A DNA stretch of 64,000 nt, taken from a virus. The translations under genes were made by a program, and so were the position numbers. Shown piece after piece: positions 1 to 8,174 of this stretch. The notes below the pieces were generated by a model that made no database searches, was not told where the DNA came from, and was given only the letters and a program-made list of their open reading frames with translations. Numbering within the stretch: the stretch's first letter is position 1; each line of letters begins with the position of its first letter. The stretch lies in the IMG/VR virus record IMGVR_UViG_3300009030_000001, positions 9,155 through 73,154 of that record; one strand, 5' to 3'.

Positions 1-384
1 GGCATTCCGTACGCGGTGCAGTCCCTGGGATTCGATGCCCAGAACGCCCTTCGTCCGCAGGGGGATATGTTCCAGCTTCCACTGACCGGCATCGGCAACG
101 GATCACTGACGGTCACCGGCCAGCACGTCGCCTTCTTCAAGACGAAAGCGATGATGGACAACTTCCTGAACTTCGTGACGCGGTCGCTCGCGTACGTGGT
201 CGAGGATCCCGACGCCAATGTGTTCATCTTCGACTGGCCGCACGTCAAGTACACCGGGGGCAGGCGGGTCGGTGGCGGAATCGATACCGACATCTTCGCG
301 GAGATGACATGGGAGGCGTTCGCGGACACCAAGTCGTCGGCGACGGATCCGGACACACAGATGCGCATCGCCTGGATCGGATAG
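1..384 (+). CDS. phage tail tube protein, C-terminal part (truncated at window start)
   Basis: Open frame from the window edge; beta-rich tail-tube-like C-terminus; lies directly upstream of the chaperone and tape measure genes. Confidence 0.65.
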   Translation, partial: GIPYAVQSLGFDAQNALRPQGDMFQLPLTGIGNGSLTVTGQHVAFFKTKAMMDNFLNFVTRSLAYVVEDPDANVFIFDWPHVKYTGGRRVGGGIDTDIFAEMTWEAFADTKSSATDPDTQMRIAWIG

Positions 385-463
385 ACCTGAATTCCGCCGG
401 GCATGGGTGGCGTCGTGCCAAGAGCCATGCCCGGCATCACAACAACACGATAGGTACGACAGT

Positions 464-955
464 ATGGTGGACCTTCTAGATTACTCGGTGGACGTTCCTG
501 CGGTCACATCTGGGGCCTGGGCGCGATGGCGCGACGACGGGTGGGTCAAGATTGGATGTGCGACGAGCGACGAATGGCGCGACGCATCGTCCGACGCTTT
601 GGCTCAACATCAGGAAGCGGTCAGACAAGATCTGGATCCAGACGACCCGAGCAAGACCGCCGAGGATGAGGCTGAAGCGAAGTGGAACAAGATCCACATC
701 CGCCTGTTCTGCCGAATCCTCATGAAGGAGTCCCGCAACATCACCGTGGCTGGGAAGCCGGTCGACTTGTCGGACGAAGACGCAGCCTACGCTGTGTTCA
801 TCCAACCAAAGCACCAGCCGTTTTGGGTGTTCTGTCAAACGCTGGCGCACAACACCGAACGGTTCACCGAGAAGAACGTCGCCGACATGGCAAAAAACTT
901 CGACGCCGCCTGCTCTGGGACTTCAAGTTCGGAAGCTACGCCTCAACCCTCCTAG
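464..955 (+). CDS. tail assembly chaperone (lambda gpG-like)
   Basis: Between tail tube and tape measure; carries slippery heptamer A AAA AAC at 892-898; start taken at ATG 464 (MVDLLDY). Confidence 0.75.
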   Translation: MVDLLDYSVDVPAVTSGAWARWRDDGWVKIGCATSDEWRDASSDALAQHQEAVRQDLDPDDPSKTAEDEAEAKWNKIHIRLFCRILMKESRNITVAGKPVDLSDEDAAYAVFIQPKHQPFWVFCQTLAHNTERFTEKNVADMAKNFDAACSGTSSSEATPQPS

Positions 956-1236
956 CGCAGAAAGAGATCGATGGAAAACCGAATCCGATCGACGATCGAT
1001 ACGCCATCCGGGATTGGGAGCGCCCGGTGTGGGAGGCGTTTCTTCGGCTGTCGGCAGGCCGTAGATTGGCTCACGACGGTAGTCCACTTCGGATCACGTT
1101 CGTGGAGATCCGCGGACACTTCGATCTCTACGCCGTGCGTAGCAACAGAGCAAGGCGGCTATTCGCCACGATCATCGACAGTCTCGACACCGCATTCATG
1201 CAACACGCTCGCAAGGAGATGAAGCCCAATGGCTGA
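892..1236 (+). CDS. -1 frameshift extension of the tail chaperone (gpGT-like)
   Basis: A -1 slip at 892-898 enters the frame KKLRRRLLWDF...WEAFLRLSAGRR...LDTAFM, which ends overlapping the tape measure start. Confidence 0.75.
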   Translation, partial: KKLRRRLLWDFKFGSYASTLLAQKEIDGKPNPIDDRYAIRDWERPVWEAFLRLSAGRRLAHDGSPLRITFVEIRGHFDLYAVRSNRARRLFATIIDSLDTAFMQHARKEMKPNG

Positions 1237-3976
1237 TGTAGACATTGAAGTTGGCACCGACAAGGCGGTGAAGAACGTAAAGAAACTCGGTACCGAGACC
1301 GAAAAGCTGACCAAGTCGACGGATAAGGCCGACAAGTCAACCCGCAAGTTCGAGGGTGGTCTAACCAAGACCGAGAAGAAGGCTGGCCTATTGACGGGCG
1401 CCATGAAGAAGCTAGCCGTCGCCGCGGCGGCATTCTTCACGATTCGTGCCGGTGCACAGGTCATCAAACAGATGGCTGCCTACGAAACGCAGTTAGTCGC
1501 CGTAGGAAAGACGGCCAACATCTCCGGCAAGGAACTCAAGGACATGGGGAAGCAGATCCAACTGATCGCTGCCCAATCCCCGCTGACGATCAAGGAGTTG
1601 TTGGACATCGCTGCCGCTGCGGGTCAACTTGGAGTTACCGGGGCCAGCAACATCATCGTGTTCGCCGAAACTGTGGCGAAGCTCGGCAGGGTATCAGACG
1701 TTGCAGGCGAAGAGGGCGCGAAGCAACTGGCCCGATTGCTTGGAGTCACCAGAGAATCGATCCAGACGATTCCACGACTTGCCGCCGTCATCACCGAACT
1801 CGGTAACACGTCGAAGGCGACAGAATCCGAGATTCTACGCACCGGCCTTGAAGTCGCGAAGGCTACGGCGATCTTCGATATCTCATCGGGTCAAGCCCTA
1901 GCCTACGGCGCGGCGTTGGCTTCCATCGGTGTGCAGGCGGAACTAGCGTCGAGCACTCTCGGTATGGCGTTTCGTTCCATGGACAAGGCGATTCGAGCGG
2001 GCGGTGATGAACTTGAACGCCTAACCAGGATCACCGGCGGTACAGGAAAAGAGATCGCTGACTTGTTTGGCCGGGATGCACCAGCAGCGTTCAACAAGTT
2101 CTTGGAAGGACTCGGGAAGATCAAACGAGAGGGCGGCGATGTGACCGCGGCGATGAAGTTGATCGGCCTGTCGGGACGCGGGATCAACAAGGTGCTGCCT
2201 GCCTTGGCCCTGAATGCCGACATGGTAGCGAAGAAGTTCCATGACATGGAGGCAGAAGCAAAGGTCGCGACAGCCACAGACATTGAGTTCGGGCGGTCGG
2301 CAGACACCTTGGACGGCTCGTTCGTGAAACTCGGCAACACTTGGGACATCTGGATTGCGACTCTGTCGAGCAGCAACTCCGACATCCAGGGAACGATCGA
2401 GATGTTCACAAAGTGGATTCAGGAGATCACTGGGGTTAGCGAAGCTCTCAAGAAGCTAGAATTCGACCGAGCGAACCTCACACAGTTGGGACCGCAGTTC
2501 GGGAGGCAGGGACTCGAAAGGGCTCAGGCGGTTCAAGTCGGCGATCCGGAGCGGGAACAACAAGCAATTCAAAACCAGATCGCGATTCTGGAGCAATTAC
2601 GTGAACGTGCGGTCAAACAAGGATCAGCAGCGACGAGCACGCTGTTCCAAGTCGGTTTCGGAGTTCCTGGAGCGAAGGATCTCCAACAGGTTATCGATCA
2701 GTTGCGTAGCGAGCGCATCAAAGATGCAGCAGATCCTCGGGTGGGAGTGAGAAGGATAGCAACTGAGACCCAACCTCAGATCGTGGCTACACGATTCTTA
2801 GATCAGTTGATTAGTACACTGCAATCGAAACTAGCAACAGTCACGCTACGAATCGATGCGACTGGACGAGGAGCAGTACCACCCGGAGCACCGACGGTTC
2901 CAGGTGGTGGTGTTCCATCACCGTCGGGAGCAGTGGTTGGTGGCGGTGCATCTCCATCCGAAACAGGTAGAGACATAGGCGGCCCGGGTGCAAACGCTGC
3001 GCTGGATACCTTGCGCGCTACGACTCTGGAACGGATGGAGCAGATTCGACTACTCGGAATCGAACTGGAGTTCGGTGAAGAAGTCGCGCAGCAAGAGAAG
3101 GCACGTCTCGAAGCTGCGAAGGCAGCGAAGGACGCGTTCAAAGACCTCGGTGGGTTCCGAGAACTAGCTGTGAAGCGTGCTGGCGATGAGGCTGCCAAAC
3201 AAGTCAAAGCCCAACAGGATGTGATAGCCCTGTTGGAGCAGAAGGATGCGCTGGAATCGGCGAGCCAAGAGGTCGAGAACCTGCAACGCGGACTGAATCT
3301 CCTGAAGGCGACCGTGGACGAACGCGCACGAATGCAGGCGCAGCAGACACTTCTTGAGATCGGACTTAGCAAGGAGCACGAGCAGTACGAAGAGATCCTC
3401 GCGACGCTTATCAAGATCAACAAGGCTCGTGACGACGAGACTGGGAAGTCGAGGGAGTTGACCATTCTGGAAAGGGCCAAGGGCGACGCAGCCGACCGGG
3501 TCCTTCAGGCATCGGTTGATCACTTGGTGAATCTGAGAAACGGGATCAGGGAGACGAAGGCTTTGATTCAGTCTCTTCTAGACGATCTGCTTCGGATAGC
3601 GGCCAACGCTGCGATCAGCGGCATCATCAGATCGAACACGACCAACGCTTTGGGGAACGTGTTCAGCGGTGGGAGAGTGATACAGCACGCGCTCGGCGCG
3701 GTCGTTACGGTTCCATCCGCGTTCCCGATGGCAGGAGGAAACATCGGCACGATCGCCGAGAAGTCACCGGAAGGGATCTTCCCGCTTGGAAGGAACTCGC
3801 GCGGCGAGTTGGGCGTGAAGAGTATCGATGGCGGTGGGCAAGCGACGATCATCGATCGACGGCCGACCACCCACAACTACTTCGGGGTCCAGGACACCGG
3901 AGATGCGATGCGCCGCAGCCGCAGGCAGGAGGTCAGGGACACCCGTGACAGCACGGTGAGGAGTGGACCGCTGTAG
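1229..3976 (+). CDS. tail tape measure protein
   Basis: 915 aa, helical and Ala/Gly-rich; TP901-type core (AAAAGQLG, LGNTSKATESEI); C-terminal HALGAV...EKSPEGIFPL motif. Confidence 0.92.
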   Translation: MADVDIEVGTDKAVKNVKKLGTETEKLTKSTDKADKSTRKFEGGLTKTEKKAGLLTGAMKKLAVAAAAFFTIRAGAQVIKQMAAYETQLVAVGKTANISGKELKDMGKQIQLIAAQSPLTIKELLDIAAAAGQLGVTGASNIIVFAETVAKLGRVSDVAGEEGAKQLARLLGVTRESIQTIPRLAAVITELGNTSKATESEILRTGLEVAKATAIFDISSGQALAYGAALASIGVQAELASSTLGMAFRSMDKAIRAGGDELERLTRITGGTGKEIADLFGRDAPAAFNKFLEGLGKIKREGGDVTAAMKLIGLSGRGINKVLPALALNADMVAKKFHDMEAEAKVATATDIEFGRSADTLDGSFVKLGNTWDIWIATLSSSNSDIQGTIEMFTKWIQEITGVSEALKKLEFDRANLTQLGPQFGRQGLERAQAVQVGDPEREQQAIQNQIAILEQLRERAVKQGSAATSTLFQVGFGVPGAKDLQQVIDQLRSERIKDAADPRVGVRRIATETQPQIVATRFLDQLISTLQSKLATVTLRIDATGRGAVPPGAPTVPGGGVPSPSGAVVGGGASPSETGRDIGGPGANAALDTLRATTLERMEQIRLLGIELEFGEEVAQQEKARLEAAKAAKDAFKDLGGFRELAVKRAGDEAAKQVKAQQDVIALLEQKDALESASQEVENLQRGLNLLKATVDERARMQAQQTLLEIGLSKEHEQYEEILATLIKINKARDDETGKSRELTILERAKGDAADRVLQASVDHLVNLRNGIRETKALIQSLLDDLLRIAANAAISGIIRSNTTNALGNVFSGGRVIQHALGAVVTVPSAFPMAGGNIGTIAEKSPEGIFPLGRNSRGELGVKSIDGGGQATIIDRRPTTHNYFGVQDTGDAMRRSRRQEVRDTRDSTVRSGPL

Positions 3977-4986
3977 TGGGATTCCATCGGGCAGTCCTAC
4001 CGAAGAAGTTCTTCGGCCGAGGATCGGTGATCGGACCGGGACACAAGACGATGATTCCGGACGCCCACAGTGGTGTTGTGGATACCAGAGTCTCCCGGTG
4101 GCCGCAGTCGCGTCGGCTGTTCACGATCAAGAACGAATTGAGCGGTGACGATGCTCGCGAGTTGATGGAGTTCGTGATTGCTCGCGCTGGGATGGCGCAT
4201 TCGTTCCTGATCCAAGACGAAAAGGACTTCTCCACGGCCGCGGACGATACCGGTGCCTCCGCGTTTGGCGACGTGGTGATTGGTGTGGGGGATGGTGCCA
4301 ACACCGAGTTCGAACTACAGAAACTGTACGGCGCATCCGGATTCGAACAGACCCGGATCCTACGCAAACCCCAACGGGACAGCGTCCTGATAGGGGTGGA
4401 CGGTGCGCAGAAGATTCCCGAACAGGAATTCACGATCGATCACGATCTCGGACGCGCATCCTTCGATATACCACCCGCCGATACGCTTGACGTCACCGCC
4501 GGGTTCAAGTTCTACAACCATGTCCGCTTCACTGAGAAGGTTGATACGTGGTTGAACTCCGCACACGTCGATACTGACATGCACGATGTCAACGTGGAGA
4601 TGATGGAGGAACACGTCACGGTAGGCGTCGCGGGCCCAGTGGAATGCGTGACCGATCTAGACTACTACGGCGGCGCGTTCAACTTGCCCGAGGTCTCGGG
4701 GGTTGCGTTCCTGTCCTTCAATTTCGGTCGATTCCTGGTCGCGACACCATCGTCGCCGCTGACGCTCCGATTCCCATTCCCCGGCCTGCTGGAACTTGGT
4801 GGCCCATACTTCGCCGTGTACAACGCGGGCACGGCGGACGTCACCTTGGATGCCTACACGAATCTCGCGCACAGCGCGATCTTTGCTTTCGCCCATGGAT
4901 CAGTTGTGAAGCCGCACCGGCTTCGCGAGTGCTTCATCGTGAAGGGCGTTTCTCCAATCTTCGACAGTGAGTGGATAGCGAGGTGA
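3976..4986 (+). CDS. DUF2460-like distal tail protein with C-terminal extension
   Basis: GPGHKT...RW...ARAGMAHSFLIQDEKDF...GVGDG..FELQKLY...TAGFKF..VRF motif series; follows tape measure. Confidence 0.8.
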   Translation: MGFHRAVLPKKFFGRGSVIGPGHKTMIPDAHSGVVDTRVSRWPQSRRLFTIKNELSGDDARELMEFVIARAGMAHSFLIQDEKDFSTAADDTGASAFGDVVIGVGDGANTEFELQKLYGASGFEQTRILRKPQRDSVLIGVDGAQKIPEQEFTIDHDLGRASFDIPPADTLDVTAGFKFYNHVRFTEKVDTWLNSAHVDTDMHDVNVEMMEEHVTVGVAGPVECVTDLDYYGGAFNLPEVSGVAFLSFNFGRFLVATPSSPLTLRFPFPGLLELGGPYFAVYNAGTADVTLDAYTNLAHSAIFAFAHGSVVKPHRLRECFIVKGVSPIFDSEWIAR

Positions 4987-4989
4987 ACC

Positions 4990-5652
4990 ATGGCAGATGA
5001 AGTTCAACTGAATGCAGGATCCGGTGGTGACAAGATCGCCGCGGATGAGATCGCCGGACTCAAGCATCAGCGGGTGAAGATCCAGCACGGGGGGGATGGC
5101 GCGGCTACCGATGTCAGTACCGCGTCGCCACTCCCAACTCGCCTCACCCTACCGGGAACGCCATTCATCCGGTACCTGGACATCGTCGGGGATGGAACCG
5201 GAACGAAACAGGCCGCGGTGGACTATTCGGGAGGCGCCGAAGAGTTCTTCATCGCGCCACCGAGCGGCGACGACTTCGTGATCCAACAGTTCGCGATGGT
5301 GATTGCCGATACAGGATCGTTCGATGGCGACTTCTTCGCGGCCACTGCTGGCCTACTCAGCATCGGGCTCGCTATCGCCGTGACAGACGCGGTTCCGGTC
5401 GTTCAGATCAACCTGCTCGATGGAATCCCGATCAAACGGAACTCGGAGATCTTCAACATCTTCTCCCGTGTGGTCCTGAACGATCTCGGATCCGGCCGAA
5501 AGATCCTGCACGCCGTGATCGACTTTGATTCCATGGGATTCCCGCTCGAACTGGACGGAGGGATCAACGATCGTCTGATGGTTACTCTGAACGATGACTT
5601 CTCCTTGTTGGATGACTTCTACTTCGTAGCGCGAGGGTACGAAAAGGATTAG
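4990..5652 (+). CDS. putative virion structural protein
   Basis: 220 aa inside the tail operon, beta-rich. Confidence 0.45.
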   Translation: MADEVQLNAGSGGDKIAADEIAGLKHQRVKIQHGGDGAATDVSTASPLPTRLTLPGTPFIRYLDIVGDGTGTKQAAVDYSGGAEEFFIAPPSGDDFVIQQFAMVIADTGSFDGDFFAATAGLLSIGLAIAVTDAVPVVQINLLDGIPIKRNSEIFNIFSRVVLNDLGSGRKILHAVIDFDSMGFPLELDGGINDRLMVTLNDDFSLLDDFYFVARGYEKD

Positions 5653-5654
5653 CC

Positions 5655-6806
5655 GTGCTGCTACCACTGCTAGAAAATCTGCGGGCGCCTCCGCTTATTG
5701 CGGATCCGGACTTTAGTGTCCCCGAAACATCCGGTGCACCGTTAGCGTTGCTGGGTGGTCATCACGACGTACTGATGCCGAGAAAGTTCGTCGATACGCT
5801 GCAAACCTACGGTCCAGGCCATCGGACAACCCGATTCACCGCTGCGGCAGGAGCGGATCGATTCCAACAGCATTGGTCACAGGCGCAGCGTCAGTACGTC
5901 TCTTCGATCAGCAATCTTCCGACGGCTGACATCGATGAGTTGGTCGATTTCGTACTTGCCAGGAAAGGGGGCGCGTTCTCGTTCAACATCGAGGATCCGA
6001 ACGACTTCACGACCGCGTCGAACCACATCGCAGCGCACACAGCTTTCGACGTGACGGAGGGCCCGACCAAGGAAACTGGCACGTTCGTGACGCCGATCTA
6101 CAAGCGGTATGCGGACGACACCAGATTCGAGGTAACCCGAAGGCTGCACTACGTCGAGGAGATCCTTGTCGCTGTCGATGGATCTCCGGTGACCGCAGGC
6201 ATTAATTACTTCCTGACGAAGTCGCCGGCGACCATCAACTGGATCCTGGCACCAGGGCAGGGCAGCGTGGTTACCTGGGGAGCACTGTTCTACACCCGAG
6301 TCCGGTTCAACGCGGATCTTGACCAATGGTTGAGGGCTATCCGAGATGTCGAAAGCGGAAGCACCGAACTTCCCCTGATCGAGGAGAAGGTGGCCGGCCA
6401 GATTCTGACGCTGGACGATGTCGATAGGCTACGACCGAACGCGCTTGAAGACGGCGCGCATGGCGTCACCGGACCGCTGACCAACGTCGAGTTCAGCCAG
6501 GGCTTCATCCACTTCTTCAATCCGGCTGGGTTCACTCACGTCCGGATGCCGCCAATCCTGCTGAACGGGGAGATCGTCGGTTTCGACTGGCGTACTCCCA
6601 AGGGTGGACCGCACTTCTGGATCTTCAATCAGTCCGCGGCCAACAAGCTCCTGCTATTCGAGTACTTCCCCACGGGAACCAGTGGTGGAACCATTTGGCA
6701 GCCGATTCAGGCCGGAGGTCCAAGCACGGTGGAAAATAACATCATCGGACCAGGACAAGCCCGCAAGCTGTGGGTGACGTTCGACTCGCGATGGAGGGCG
6801 TTCTAA
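5655..6806 (+). CDS. second DUF2460-like distal tail protein
   Basis: GPGHRT...FVLARKGGAFSFNIEDPNDF...VTWGALFYTRVRF, parallel to 3976-4986. Confidence 0.72.
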   Translation: MLLPLLENLRAPPLIADPDFSVPETSGAPLALLGGHHDVLMPRKFVDTLQTYGPGHRTTRFTAAAGADRFQQHWSQAQRQYVSSISNLPTADIDELVDFVLARKGGAFSFNIEDPNDFTTASNHIAAHTAFDVTEGPTKETGTFVTPIYKRYADDTRFEVTRRLHYVEEILVAVDGSPVTAGINYFLTKSPATINWILAPGQGSVVTWGALFYTRVRFNADLDQWLRAIRDVESGSTELPLIEEKVAGQILTLDDVDRLRPNALEDGAHGVTGPLTNVEFSQGFIHFFNPAGFTHVRMPPILLNGEIVGFDWRTPKGGPHFWIFNQSAANKLLLFEYFPTGTSGGTIWQPIQAGGPSTVENNIIGPGQARKLWVTFDSRWRAF

Positions 6807-6808
6807 CC

Positions 6809-7201
6809 ATGGCGTCGCGAGTCGAAGTTATGATGGGTGGGGCTGATGTCGTTTGCCTCGCTGGGAATGATCTGCATCAGTTGCACGCCAACCGTCTCCT
6901 GTTTGTGGACACGACCGCGCCGGGAGGGGTTGCTGACATTCGACTGCCTTCGGCCAAAGGATTGCCTACGGGGTCGACTCAATACAAGATCATCTTCGCG
7001 ACGACCAGCATCGTAGATTTCCGGATATTGGATCGAGGCGACAACATCCTGGACATCTTCGACCGGAACCAAGATATACGGACACTGATCGACGTCAGCA
7101 TTACGGCGCAGTGGTCGACACAGCCCGCTATCGAATGCACGTTGTTAGTAGCGAGCACGAACAACGGCGTTTGGATCAACCGATTCTGGGGTGAGACATG
7201 A
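6809..7201 (+). CDS. small tail-associated protein
   Basis: Coupled within the tail operon; VDTT...IRLPSA motif like the C-terminal extensions of the DUF2460 proteins. Confidence 0.45.
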   Translation: MASRVEVMMGGADVVCLAGNDLHQLHANRLLFVDTTAPGGVADIRLPSAKGLPTGSTQYKIIFATTSIVDFRILDRGDNILDIFDRNQDIRTLIDVSITAQWSTQPAIECTLLVASTNNGVWINRFWGET

Positions 7202-8172
7202 CCACTGGAGCGTTCCAAGGCAACATCGATGCGATCGACCGGGGCACCTCGGCGTTTGCTTTCCTGTGGGCGATCAAACGCATCGATGGGAAGTTCGAAT
7301 ACTTCACGTCACATGATCAGGACATCGTGATTGGCATCACCATCCCTGTGGTTGATGGCGGCACCAAGGTAATTCGATTCGTAGCAACCGGTAGCTTCGC
7401 GTTTTCGAACGCCCGCAAGGAGGTTGGTCTGCGACCGGAAAACCGAGAAGCCAACGCGGTAGTCAACGGGTTCAACTTCATGGCGAGCGGGGGATGGAAC
7501 GCGTTTCGCGAGAGGCGATACCTCGGCGCCGATATCATTCAGTGGCGGGTGGATTGGCGTTGGCCGAAGTGGTCAGCGTTGGATCAGATCACCTACACGA
7601 TCACATCCGTCGAGTACGATCGCGACACGGTGACGCTTGAAATGCAGCAGAAGCACCTGACGCGGGCGCGTGAACACTTCGGGGTGGCGTTCTGTCGGAA
7701 CTGCCGATTCTCGCTAGGAGATCATGACGCTGATGGTCGCGGCTGTGGGCGTGATCGAACTTCACAGGGTGGCGTTCACATCCAGATCGAAAACCGAACC
7801 TATACGAATCGTGCGATTGCTACGGTGATCACGCAACGGCGATCCTTCCAGATATCGAGTCTCGGTCTTCCAATCGGTCACACGTTCACCCAGGGAGCGG
7901 TGAAGTTCCAGTCCAGCGACAACGTCGACATCACCCTGGAGGTTTCGTTCTACGATGAAGCAACCCTGACGCCGTTTTTATCAGGGACGATTCACCTCGT
8001 CGAAGACACTCCGAGGGACTTCGCTATCAACGATATCGTTACCGTCATCGAAGGTTGCGACGGCGAGTTCACTACCTGTAAGGATACGTACAAGAACGAA
8101 CTGAACTTCGGCGGTGAAAAGGACATGCCGGGGCCACGCAAGGCAAGGCAGCCGGCGAGGGAGAAGGTGTAG
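7198..8172 (+). CDS. DUF2163/BR0599-like tail hub protein
   Basis: WAIKRIDG..YFTSHDQD N-terminus; CRFSLGD..C and GCDG.F.TC...N..NFGG Cys motifs. Confidence 0.85.
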   Translation: MTTGAFQGNIDAIDRGTSAFAFLWAIKRIDGKFEYFTSHDQDIVIGITIPVVDGGTKVIRFVATGSFAFSNARKEVGLRPENREANAVVNGFNFMASGGWNAFRERRYLGADIIQWRVDWRWPKWSALDQITYTITSVEYDRDTVTLEMQQKHLTRAREHFGVAFCRNCRFSLGDHDADGRGCGRDRTSQGGVHIQIENRTYTNRAIATVITQRRSFQISSLGLPIGHTFTQGAVKFQSSDNVDITLEVSFYDEATLTPFLSGTIHLVEDTPRDFAINDIVTVIEGCDGEFTTCKDTYKNELNFGGEKDMPGPRKARQPAREKV

Positions 8173-8174
8173 AC

